Position numbers and translations under genes: made by a program. Below, in pieces: positions 54,000 through 63,129 of a DNA stretch of 64,000 bases. The notes below the pieces were generated by a model. The model made no database searches and was not told where the DNA came from. It worked only from the letters and a program-made list of their open reading frames with translations. The stretch is from sequence record OQ363659.1. One strand, 5' to 3'. How positions within the stretch are numbered: the stretch's first letter is position 1; each line of letters opens with the position of its first letter.

Positions 54000-56714
54000 A
54001 TGAACGACTATCTGTTGCGCTACGCGATTGATAACGTTTGGTGTAACCTTGGACAAGATCGGCAGTTTCAATACCAGCTGCGTCAATTGACTCCACGGTA
54101 CGGCACACGCCGTTACTACACAGTCGATGCGCAGAAATACGTACTGCCTTACGAGTCTGAACGGGATTGGTTCCACGTGTATCAAATCGGTCAGGTGGTT
54201 CCATCCCACCTGGCTCTCCCAAAGGTTTACAACCAATGGATGTCATTGGAGAAACTAGCTATTCATCACAAGATGCTTGGCGAAGTCTACGTTGACAGTG
54301 GTATTCAGTTCTCTCGGGCTCAAACCTGGGTATTGCTGACCTCCAGCCAAAACTTACTGGTTGCTGTAAAGATCCTTCCTTTATTCCCGGATTTGGATGA
54401 ACAACAGCCGTACCTTCACTTCTATCAAAATGCTTATTTCCAGAGCAAACGTTCGGATCAATCGGGTCGTAACTTCATTGAAGCGTATTCTATTCGTCCT
54501 AATACGACTGGAGAACTCCGTCAGTTCCAGATTAAAATGCAAGACCTGTTGGCCGAGAAAGGGGGCTTCCCTCTATGCTGGGTTAACGGTCGACTGGTGC
54601 AGGAAATCTCGTTGGTGACTGCTGGTGTGGGTGACTATTGCGAATGGGTATTGGATAGCTCGATCTATCGGGTTGCTGAGTACCGGTTGGGTAGTTCCCC
54701 TACGTTCACTTCGAAGTTGGACAGTGCTAACAAGTACATCATCCACTTGCCGAAGGATAAGTCCACGTCAACGATTGAGTTCCATGACGATATCGCCGTG
54801 TACCTCTGCAAGAACAACAACGCGTTGTCTCGGTTCTCTGGTGTTCACTATCACCACAACGATGGTAAGTGGATGCGCCAACTGACACACCGAGATTGGT
54901 CTGTTCCAGTAGGTCGTGTGCAATCGATGATCGCTAGTCACCCGGAAGATCCACGTGTTGGTACTGATCCACGGTGGCCTTCTGATAAGTGGGCTACATC
55001 TGATCCGATTTACCTACGGATGTATCACCGCCGTTCTGGTTATGAACGTCCGATCATTGCAGATTCGTCTCGTATCCAAGAGCTCTATCGGTTGAGCGAT
55101 GCGAATATCATTCGTGCAATGACAGGTGCAGATTCGTCTCACCTGTGGCATGCCGCTAACCTAGAGAAAGCGGCGTACGTTCGATTCATGTCTGCTGATC
55201 CTAATGTGATCTACCCGATCGCATTCCAAGATCCAACGAAGTCTACTCAGGCTAAGCGGGAAGCATTGAACTTCGCTGGTGACGTATTCGGTTATCATGA
55301 AGCTGCTCATCTGTTGGCTAACAACCCAGCTAAGGTTTATCTGTCGCAAACCGAACGGGTTGCTGACTTGGCTTACGTGTATTGGGAGAACGCTACGGTA
55401 TTCGAATTCAATAACGAAGGCATTCTGTTAGAGTGGCATCACCACACCGGTGGTTCTCGCTACTATGTCAAGAACACAGCTACTGCTTGGGTTGAATGTA
55501 TTACGGGTGTGGGTTCTACGGACCTGCAAGGCGTGTACGGTGTTGATCCAGTTGAACTACCAGACGGTTACGAGTTCCGTGTTTACGTGAACAAAGTCTG
55601 GGGTGGTGTTCCGACAGGTGAATGGCAAGATATTACCGATCTGGAGAATCGCCACGAATGGGGTTTCCTGGATGAAACGGGTACAGTACCGGTATGGCGT
55701 TGGACGGTGGCAGCCACTGCATGGCAAGGGTTGATCCGTCGTTCAGATCGATTCTTCCTGGACGTACGTCGGTTCAACAAGTCTGCGGGCATTATCAACT
55801 TTAGTTTCCGTCACACTTCGATGTCGTCTGGTCAAGAGACTGAAGAACTGATGGATATCCCGTTGGGTCAGCTCGATGTCTTCTTGGCGGATGAAAATGG
55901 TACAGGTGGTCGTTCATTGATCCAAGGTATCGACTATCAATTGATTCAAGGACCTACGTTCCAAGAAACAGTTGTGGTGTTGAACAACCTGGAATACCTC
56001 AATGACATCAACACCGTGATCATTCGTGCACACGGGTTCTGTTCACCAGACCTGAAGATGTACGGACCTTCGGAAGTTGGCTTCGTGGAATACGGTGTGT
56101 TGTCAGGTAATGGCGTCTATGATGTCCACACTCACAAAATGCAACGCATCGTAGTGGATGGTCATTATCGTTCTTTTGATGACGTTAAGTTTGATGAAGA
56201 CTTTGCTGACCGGGTAATTGCTGACGAACGTAATGGTGCACCTTACCAAATCCAAACTCCACAAGTTACATTCCGTGACGTTTACGATGCGGATGGTGCT
56301 GCTCGTGAACTAGATGATGTTCGGGATCAACAAGTTAGTGAATACATGACTGAGTATTTCCCAGCACGTGCTCGTCCTAACTCTGACAAGATCGAACGGC
56401 GTTACTACGTGTACAGTGCATATGCAAACAAGATCTTGAATGATCTGATTGCGGGTACGTTGAAGGTGCCGATTGTTAATGGCTTCTACAGTGACATGGA
56501 TGTAGCCAAAGCTGTTGCTAAGTACGATTGGTTGAAACCTTTCGACATGTGCAACACTGACTACAACAAGAACCACATTGTCATTTACCCACACTGGTAC
56601 TCGACCGCCCAAGGTTTGGACATCCAACAGTATGACTTCTTTGTGCGAGTACTGAAATTGGGTCTCCGTGAAGTACCTGATCTTGCGCATTCTATTTACA
56701 TCACGAGGACTTGA
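54000..56714 (+). CDS. large virion/baseplate protein (phiKZ gp27 position)
   Basis: 904 aa; N-terminus YLLRYAIDNVWCN typical of this family; synteny. Confidence 0.78.
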   Translation: MNDYLLRYAIDNVWCNLGQDRQFQYQLRQLTPRYGTRRYYTVDAQKYVLPYESERDWFHVYQIGQVVPSHLALPKVYNQWMSLEKLAIHHKMLGEVYVDSGIQFSRAQTWVLLTSSQNLLVAVKILPLFPDLDEQQPYLHFYQNAYFQSKRSDQSGRNFIEAYSIRPNTTGELRQFQIKMQDLLAEKGGFPLCWVNGRLVQEISLVTAGVGDYCEWVLDSSIYRVAEYRLGSSPTFTSKLDSANKYIIHLPKDKSTSTIEFHDDIAVYLCKNNNALSRFSGVHYHHNDGKWMRQLTHRDWSVPVGRVQSMIASHPEDPRVGTDPRWPSDKWATSDPIYLRMYHRRSGYERPIIADSSRIQELYRLSDANIIRAMTGADSSHLWHAANLEKAAYVRFMSADPNVIYPIAFQDPTKSTQAKREALNFAGDVFGYHEAAHLLANNPAKVYLSQTERVADLAYVYWENATVFEFNNEGILLEWHHHTGGSRYYVKNTATAWVECITGVGSTDLQGVYGVDPVELPDGYEFRVYVNKVWGGVPTGEWQDITDLENRHEWGFLDETGTVPVWRWTVAATAWQGLIRRSDRFFLDVRRFNKSAGIINFSFRHTSMSSGQETEELMDIPLGQLDVFLADENGTGGRSLIQGIDYQLIQGPTFQETVVVLNNLEYLNDINTVIIRAHGFCSPDLKMYGPSEVGFVEYGVLSGNGVYDVHTHKMQRIVVDGHYRSFDDVKFDEDFADRVIADERNGAPYQIQTPQVTFRDVYDADGAARELDDVRDQQVSEYMTEYFPARARPNSDKIERRYYVYSAYANKILNDLIAGTLKVPIVNGFYSDMDVAKAVAKYDWLKPFDMCNTDYNKNHIVIYPHWYSTAQGLDIQQYDFFVRVLKLGLREVPDLAHSIYITRT

Positions 56715-58399
56715 TGATGGCTTTTACACCATTCACTCGATCTGCCTACCTGGACCCCGAACGGGGGTTCTGGACTTGGCTTCGATCTGAGATCGTTAGT
56801 TTCCCTGGCGAGACTAACAAGTTCATTCCAAACGTGAACGATGCTGTCCGAGACTGGGACCAAGGGTTGTTCCGCGTTATCGAAGTCGATCAGACTACAG
56901 GCATGTCGGTGCTGGAGAAATGGGTAGAACCAGAAGCTCCAGATCCGGATGGTCCTGAGAACGTACTGATCGCAACTGGCCCAGGTTACACTTCGGAATC
57001 CTTCCGTATTTTCCTGGATCAAACTGTTACACCTCACACGTTCTCCCCAGACCTCCGTTGTCATTTCTATGGCACGGAAGTTCAAGGTTACAAGATCTTC
57101 CAAGGTAGCGACATCTCGGAAACTTACGGTAAGGTGATCTCGGAGTACTACGATGCTTCGGGTAATTACCTCGGCCCAATGATTCCTGTAGAAGTCGCTT
57201 TGCTCCCAGGTATGCTGCCAGGCACTCAGTACCAATCGGGTGTGACTGTACCAATGGCAGGCTATACTTCGGTGTCCCTGCCTGACGGTGAGCGCGTTAC
57301 ACTGGTTGCTTACTCAGCTAACGGCAAGCAACTGTCGATCGCACAACTGGTAGTCGTGAACTCCCAAGCTATTCGTCAGCCTGATACTTCGAAGCGTTAC
57401 GTTAAAGGCATCTCGATTGATTCCTCGTGGATTAGCCCGTCTGATCCTAAGGTCATTGAGTTCCCACTGAACGTTGCTGTTGAATCGCTGCCGATGGTTG
57501 GTCGTGTTCACTACCGTGATGGTAAGAAAGAACCTAAAGCCGTCAATGGCGGTCAAATGGAACTGTTGGGTCTCCGTAACTACGTGGCTACTGAAGTAGG
57601 CCAAGAGTTCGGCATGACACTGACTTATCAACTGGCTGATGATGAGATCTCTTACGGGTTGAATCCAACTACCGATCGCAAGATCACCATGTCGTATATC
57701 GCTCGGACTTCTCCGGCAGAAGGTGCTTACGAGTGTCGTCTGTTCGTGTATCCAGTTTGGGTCAGTGCGGCTGTTGGTTATCGGTTGGAGTTCTGGCTGT
57801 ACAACCAAGATCGTGAGCGGTATTGGAACATCACACCTCAGATCGAACTGGGTATGACTTCCAAGCCATTCGATCCGAAAGGTTACGGCTTTATCCAAGA
57901 CCTGACCTACGCGGTCAACTTGAACGAAGTCGACGGCGTGTTCAAACCTGTACGTTTCGTTAGTAGCTTCCAGATTGCCCTGCTGCAAGCTGGTGGTAAC
58001 ACTGACGCGAATTGGGAGATCAAGTTCCGTCCCGATCAAGAAGTAGCTTACGGTCGAGATCTGAAAGCAAACGTCGAATACATCGAAACTAACCAATGGA
58101 ACCTGCGACTGGCTAACGGTATGCAGACCAAAGAAACTTGGTTGCAGAAGATGTACTACAACGCTGAGCCTCTGATCAACCCTGAGTCTGAAGTTGTGGC
58201 GCCTGAGCCTACTCACTTCCGAGTGCATTTCCTGCACAACGTTTACGAGTACGCTATCTCGCAATGGAACGAAGTCCTGAAAGTAAACAACGACCTCACT
58301 AACAATGGTGAACTGGTTTACATTCAGTGGATTCGTCGAACTGTAGGCACCGATCTACAGCTTGCGATGACTGCTCTACCGCTGAAACAACTCGTGTGA
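56714..58399 (+). CDS. virion/baseplate protein (phiKZ gp26 position)
   Basis: about 561 aa; TGATG coupling; beta-rich; synteny. Confidence 0.78.
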   Translation: MMAFTPFTRSAYLDPERGFWTWLRSEIVSFPGETNKFIPNVNDAVRDWDQGLFRVIEVDQTTGMSVLEKWVEPEAPDPDGPENVLIATGPGYTSESFRIFLDQTVTPHTFSPDLRCHFYGTEVQGYKIFQGSDISETYGKVISEYYDASGNYLGPMIPVEVALLPGMLPGTQYQSGVTVPMAGYTSVSLPDGERVTLVAYSANGKQLSIAQLVVVNSQAIRQPDTSKRYVKGISIDSSWISPSDPKVIEFPLNVAVESLPMVGRVHYRDGKKEPKAVNGGQMELLGLRNYVATEVGQEFGMTLTYQLADDEISYGLNPTTDRKITMSYIARTSPAEGAYECRLFVYPVWVSAAVGYRLEFWLYNQDRERYWNITPQIELGMTSKPFDPKGYGFIQDLTYAVNLNEVDGVFKPVRFVSSFQIALLQAGGNTDANWEIKFRPDQEVAYGRDLKANVEYIETNQWNLRLANGMQTKETWLQKMYYNAEPLINPESEVVAPEPTHFRVHFLHNVYEYAISQWNEVLKVNNDLTNNGELVYIQWIRRTVGTDLQLAMTALPLKQLV

Positions 58400-58409
58400 C
58401 AAACATACT

Positions 58410-58429
58410 CGGCTACCCAATGGTAGCCG
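58410..58429 (+). terminator. hairpin terminator before the terminase
   Basis: CGGCTACC-CAAT-GGTAGCCG then TTTATGCCGT. Confidence 0.7.
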
Positions 58430-58443
58430 TTTATGCCGTAATT

Positions 58444-58453
58444 CTATGACTCA
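58444..58453 (+). promoter_or_regulatory. putative late promoter CTATGACTCA
   Basis: identical to 19671-19680 (minus); contains TATG. Confidence 0.5.
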
Positions 58454-58530
58454 TATACGTTTCCGGGCTGGGGCGGGGTCGAAATCTTTTATACCGCATC
58501 CGCCCTACACACCTACAAAGGACTAAAAAC

Positions 58531-60687
58531 ATGAACGTAATTCTCTATATTGACGACTGGAAAAAGTTTCCCTCGGCAATCGCAGATACCAAAACTAAGA
58601 ACGAATCGTTCCTGAAATTGGTTGCACTATACAAGAAGATGGGGATCAAGAACTCCGAATTCTGCTTGGCTCTGTTCCAGCCCGAACTACAAGGAGTAGA
58701 CCCGTTTGACGAAACTCTAGATGATGCCACTAAGATGAAGATCATGCTAGAGGCGAAGTATAACCCCTGGTATTACTTCCGAGAGATCGCACGGATTCCT
58801 CCGACTTCTGGTAACAACCCGATTCCATTCCGGGCTAACCGTGGTAACATCGCACTGTTCTGGTCTTTCTTTAACCACGTTGACTTTGGTTTGCTACAGC
58901 CACGTCAGACTGGTAAGTCGGTATCCACTGACGTACTGATGACTGGCATGATGTACATCTGGGGTGAGAACACTGTAATCAACTTGATTACGAAAGATAC
59001 CAAACTGAAGAACGCCAACGTTGAGCGTCTGAAGATCATGATGGACTTGCTACCTAAGTACATCCACGAGAAAGACTTCACAGACGTTGACAACCAAGAC
59101 ATGATGACTTGTATCCGTCTGGGTAACAAGTACAAGACTTCAGTAGGTCGTAACGATAAGATCGCTGCGGATAAACTCGGTCGAGGTTTGACCGTACCTA
59201 TCATGCACTTCGACGAACTTGCGTACATCAACCTAATCGAATACTCCCTGCCGGTAGCACTGGCATCCGGTTCGGCAGCACGTGAAGAAGCAGCAGCTCA
59301 AGGCCAACCATACGGCAACATCTTCACTACGACGGCTGGTAACATTACTACCCGTGACGGTGAGTTCGCTCATGGCTTCTTGACAGGTGGTGCACCATGG
59401 ACTGAGACTTGGTATGACCTGCCAGATCAACGTACCCTGCACAAAGTCGTAGAGAAAACCTCAAGCGGCCAGAAGCCGATCATCTACGGTGCATTCAACC
59501 ACCGTCAGCTCGGTCGTACTGACGAATGGCTTTTCAAAACACTGCGGGACTCTGCTCAGTATGGCGAGATCGCTGACCGAGATTACTTCAACATCTGGAC
59601 TGTTGGTGGTGAGGGTTCTCCTATCACACAAGAACAGAAGAAGCGAATTAAGGAATCCGAGAAAGAACCGCTGTGGAACGAAATCACCCCTGAAGGTTAT
59701 ACCGTCCGTTGGTTTATTCCAAAGGAAACTGTAGAAACCCGAATGGCTTCGTCTCGGTATGTAATGGGCCTCGACCCTTCGGAACTCTTAGGCGAGAAGT
59801 CCGACTCCACCGGTATGGTTATCATCGACGTAGAGACTCACGACATCGTAGCGACTGGTCGATACAACGAAACGAACGTTCCTCAGCTATCCGCATTCTT
59901 GGCTAGCCTGTTGATCCGTTACCACAACATCACATTCGTTCCAGAACGTAAGTCGATGGGTATGGCGATTATTGACTACGTCGTGATTGCATTGCATCGG
60001 GCTGGCATCGATCCATTCAAACGGATCTTCAACCGGATTGTGGATGACGCAACTATCATGGAATCTGAGTTCCGTGATATCCAGGCTCCAATGTCTACCC
60101 GTTCACCAACGTTCTACGATCGATTCAAACGTCACTTTGGTTTCAACACTGCTGGTAGTGGTCGTTACTCGCGTGATGCATTGTACGTTGTATCGCTGCC
60201 GTCTTCGATGGATTACGGTTCTCGTCGGATGCACTGTAACTTGCTGATCACTGAGATCTTGGCATTGACTATCCGTAATGGTCGGATTGACCACAACCGC
60301 GGTAACCACGATGACTTGGTTATCTCGATGCTGTTGGCACACTGGCTGTGTATCCAAGGTCAGAACCTTTCTTACTACGGGATCAATTCTAACATGATCT
60401 TCTCCAAAGCACAAGTCTCTGACCGAGTGCTGACTAAGGTAGAAGTCTTCCGTGAAGAATCTGAATCCAAGGCTAAGAAAGAATTCGATGCATTGATCGA
60501 AGAGATGAAGGCAGAGAAGAATCCAATGATCTCGGCTAAGATCGAACTGAAGCTCCGGGCATTGTCTCGACACATTAACTTGGAGGAAGCGTCGGGTGCT
60601 GGTATTGACGCGATGATCCGTCAGGTTAAAGATGAACGTTCTCGTAAGGTTCGTTCGAACCGTTACAGTCCGCAAATCGTCATGTGA
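58531..60687 (+). CDS. terL: terminase large subunit (phiKZ gp25-like)
   Basis: 718 aa; Walker A PRQTGKS, Walker B HFDE, nuclease GLDPS and HDDLV; no insertion. Confidence 0.95.
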   Translation: MNVILYIDDWKKFPSAIADTKTKNESFLKLVALYKKMGIKNSEFCLALFQPELQGVDPFDETLDDATKMKIMLEAKYNPWYYFREIARIPPTSGNNPIPFRANRGNIALFWSFFNHVDFGLLQPRQTGKSVSTDVLMTGMMYIWGENTVINLITKDTKLKNANVERLKIMMDLLPKYIHEKDFTDVDNQDMMTCIRLGNKYKTSVGRNDKIAADKLGRGLTVPIMHFDELAYINLIEYSLPVALASGSAAREEAAAQGQPYGNIFTTTAGNITTRDGEFAHGFLTGGAPWTETWYDLPDQRTLHKVVEKTSSGQKPIIYGAFNHRQLGRTDEWLFKTLRDSAQYGEIADRDYFNIWTVGGEGSPITQEQKKRIKESEKEPLWNEITPEGYTVRWFIPKETVETRMASSRYVMGLDPSELLGEKSDSTGMVIIDVETHDIVATGRYNETNVPQLSAFLASLLIRYHNITFVPERKSMGMAIIDYVVIALHRAGIDPFKRIFNRIVDDATIMESEFRDIQAPMSTRSPTFYDRFKRHFGFNTAGSGRYSRDALYVVSLPSSMDYGSRRMHCNLLITEILALTIRNGRIDHNRGNHDDLVISMLLAHWLCIQGQNLSYYGINSNMIFSKAQVSDRVLTKVEVFREESESKAKKEFDALIEEMKAEKNPMISAKIELKLRALSRHINLEEASGAGIDAMIRQVKDERSRKVRSNRYSPQIVM

Positions 60688-60710
60688 AAACAAAAAAAAA
60701 TAAAGCGAAT

Positions 60711-60730
60711 GGCTCTCCCGAAGGAGAGCC
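60711..60730. terminator. bidirectional hairpin terminator
   Basis: GGCTCTCC-CGAA-GGAGAGCC, identical to 48042; between convergent genes. Confidence 0.85.
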
Positions 60731-60739
60731 AATTTGCCG

Positions 60740-61498
60740 TTACATCTGGATAGATATCTCGATCTGTTGATCGACCTCAGCCCGTGCGACCAGTGAAGAC
60801 CGGTGGGTTGGATGAACCAGCGAACCATGCAATGCTTCTACTGGAACACCAACGGTACGGCACAGTCGGACAGTTGTTTCCTGTGCTGGGCCATAAGTGC
60901 GCCGGGCGTACCAGACACGATGATCTTCATCCGCAAAGCAGATGATGTCGGCCTCGTACTCACGGAACCATGTGCACAGTCGTAGGAAATCGAACTTCGA
61001 ATTCACCACGTCTTTTAGCAACGGCGTAGCTTCTTCAGCCGATGCGATCGGACGAGAAGCATGGATTACTTCCAGGCGTTTATGAATCGCCAAGATAGTA
61101 TCGTTGTCACGTCTCACCTTTTCAGGCTGACGATTCTCGTGCGTTGCCAGCATGACATACTGACCACGAAGACTCGGAAGGTCCAGTACGTGCGAACCAT
61201 CGATGTCAACCGTACCGAAACCATCATGCATTGGGACGGGGTGAATGTCGAAAAGCTCGCCAAACTCCATCACTGGACCACAGATACCTTCCACCACAGG
61301 CATGCCTGGATAGATGCGCTTCAGGCGTTCCCAGACATCCTGATGCACGTCCAGATCGATATCCGCGGTAGTCTCACGGATACCATGCATCACAGCAGCA
61401 GAACCAGCAGTGATGATGAAGTACTCAGGGCCCAGACCAGTGATCACAGCCAGAGCATTTACGTGAGAAGCGATTTGTTTCTTGTTCAGCATGTACAA
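60740..61498 (-). CDS. Pol-beta/MNT-type nucleotidyltransferase with extra C-terminal domain
   Basis: AGSAAVMHGIRETTADIDLDV (hG[GS]x9-13DhD) plus a later D in FDIH; SD AAGGA. Confidence 0.75.
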   Translation of the reverse strand: MYMLNKKQIASHVNALAVITGLGPEYFIITAGSAAVMHGIRETTADIDLDVHQDVWERLKRIYPGMPVVEGICGPVMEFGELFDIHPVPMHDGFGTVDIDGSHVLDLPSLRGQYVMLATHENRQPEKVRRDNDTILAIHKRLEVIHASRPIASAEEATPLLKDVVNSKFDFLRLCTWFREYEADIICFADEDHRVWYARRTYGPAQETTVRLCRTVGVPVEALHGSLVHPTHRSSLVARAEVDQQIEISIQM

Positions 61499-61501
61499 TC
61501 C

Positions 61502-61747
61502 TTAATAAGCTTTAGCGATCAGGGCGATCTCGAACAACGTTTTGTCGTCCGCGTTTTTCATTTCGATGTGGAGGACTTCATCACCCCAATACCAGATGTG
61601 GAACTTGTTACCTTCGATCGTGAGATGATCGTCAAATTCCATATCGTTTTCCAACTTCTCGCGATAGCGTTCGCAGAGTTGCTGGATGGTTGGCATGTGC
61701 TCAACCAAACGAGTGATACCAGTAGTTGCGTCGATACGATACATCAT
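61502..61747 (-). CDS. hypothetical protein
   Basis: start revised to ATG 61747 (SD AAAGGG), 81 aa. Confidence 0.6.
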   Translation of the reverse strand: MMYRIDATTGITRLVEHMPTIQQLCERYREKLENDMEFDDHLTIEGNKFHIWYWGDEVLHIEMKNADDKTLFEIALIAKAY

Positions 61748-61796
61748 ACACCCTTTCGAATAAAAAGGAAGGAGCCCGAAGACTCCCCCAAAGGAG

Positions 61797-62138
61797 TTAG
61801 TTTGCTTCGCGCAGCGCTTTGATCGTGCGACCGATATGGTAGAAGTCGGAAGCCAGTGCTTCCAGTTCATCTTTCAGCTCGGTGCGGAATTCGATGTTCA
61901 CCCAGACCAAGCAATCGATCAGGCATTCGAAATCATCGAACTCGATGTTGTGGGTGATAGTCCCTTTGGACTTATCGTAAGTAACGAGAGTCTCGTTATC
62001 TTTGATTACCGTCAGGACATCGTCTTCAACTTCGAAAGTGAAGGCAGTGCCAAACGGTGAGTATTCGGTCATGAAACGTTCGCCAGTTGCGATGAACAGG
62101 TTCATCAGCAGGTGCAGCTTCTTCATTTGCATCTTCAT
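61797..62138 (-). CDS. hypothetical acidic protein
   Basis: 113 aa; SD AAGGAG. Confidence 0.65.
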   Translation of the reverse strand: MKMQMKKLHLLMNLFIATGERFMTEYSPFGTAFTFEVEDDVLTVIKDNETLVTYDKSKGTITHNIEFDDFECLIDCLVWVNIEFRTELKDELEALASDFYHIGRTIKALREAN

Positions 62139-62167
62139 GGTGCAGCTCCTTGGTTTGTGCAGCTATC

Positions 62168-62557
62168 TTAGTTTACTTCGGGTTCAGCGTCAACATCTTT
62201 CTTCGGGTGTTTTACATCGATGCAGCGGAGAATCGCAAACGGCTGATCGACTTGCATCGCCAAGCGTTTCGCTTCATCTTTAGCCAAGCGTTTGGTCTGA
62301 TGCATCCATGGTCGGTTAGACGGATGGATCGTACCCAGAGGACTTACTTTTGCAACAATGAACTTGCCAACTGGACGAGAACCATCGCCACCTTCGACAG
62401 ACCAGCTCGAATTATGGTAAAGCATGTAACCAGTCCACCAGCCGTGAGTCTTCGGTGATGCGTAACCATCATCACTGGCTCTGCGGTTGAAGTTCGCATT
62501 CGGGAAACGCTTGCGGGCATCTTGTTCAAATTGTTCACGCATTTCAATCAAAGACAT
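62168..62557 (-). CDS. early hypothetical protein
   Basis: 129 aa; SD AGGAG; promoter upstream. Confidence 0.7.
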   Translation of the reverse strand: MSLIEMREQFEQDARKRFPNANFNRRASDDGYASPKTHGWWTGYMLYHNSSWSVEGGDGSRPVGKFIVAKVSPLGTIHPSNRPWMHQTKRLAKDEAKRLAMQVDQPFAILRCIDVKHPKKDVDAEPEVN

Positions 62558-62583
62558 CTTTTCACTCCTATTGATACACGAAA

Positions 62584-62603
62584 GTAATATAGGCTTTTAA
62601 AAC
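62584..62603 (-). promoter_or_regulatory. early promoter (TATATTAC core)
   Basis: minus strand GTTTTAAAAGCCTATATTAC. Confidence 0.65.
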
Positions 62604-62624
62604 GTTTGAATGTTACGGCATAAA

Positions 62625-62642
62625 GCCTCCCCGAAGGGAGGC
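62625..62642 (-). terminator. terminator after DHFR
   Basis: GCCTCCC-TTCG-GGGAGGC then TTTATGCCGT. Confidence 0.8.
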
Positions 62643-62646
62643 CCTT

Positions 62647-63129
62647 TTAGCGTCTTACCCAGCGCTTGATCACACAGTCTTCGTAATCTTCCTGCATCAG
62701 CAATCGCCAACGGGTTGGACTGATCGTAGGACGGAACCATGTATCAGCATTATGGATCGGCGTCAAGATGGTGGTGATATGCATCTCATCACAGGATTCG
62801 TAGTAGTCATGGAACAATGAACTACCACCAATGATGAACAGTTTCTCCAGGTCCAGTCGACGAGCAGCCAGCTTAGCTTCTTCAAAGCTACTTACCACAA
62901 CACAACGTTCGTCATCGATAGGGACTGAAGACAATACGATGCACACGCGATCGGGTAGTTTGTTAGGAGGCAGTGACTCCCAGGTCTTACGCCCCATCAC
63001 ACAACCATGCTTCTCGCCCACAGTTGTCTTCTTGAAATACCGCATGTCATTGAAGCATTTCCAAGGGAGCTTGTTCTCATAACCAATTTCGCCTTTAGTT
63101 CCAGTAGCAGCGATCAAGATCAGTTTCAT
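62647..63129 (-). CDS. folA: dihydrofolate reductase
   Basis: IGYENKLPW...DMRYFKKTT, VMGRKTWES, LPDR, FIIGG and ADTWF motifs. Confidence 0.95.
   Translation of the reverse strand: MKLILIAATGTKGEIGYENKLPWKCFNDMRYFKKTTVGEKHGCVMGRKTWESLPPNKLPDRVCIVLSSVPIDDERCVVVSSFEEAKLAARRLDLEKLFIIGGSSLFHDYYESCDEMHITTILTPIHNADTWFRPTISPTRWRLLMQEDYEDCVIKRWVRR

Noticed and set aside
58531-60687. Inteins or introns in the terminase, helicase, DNA polymerase and RNAP genes
   Set aside because: Lengths match the uninterrupted families. No C...HN[CST] intein ends or LAGLIDADG/HNH/GIY-YIG motifs were seen.
2883-62642. Repeated GGCTACCC/GCCTCCC palindromes as CRISPR repeats or mobile REP/MITE elements
   Set aside because: They are dispersed singly at gene ends with no regular spacers, cas genes, transposase or target-site duplications; treated as terminators.
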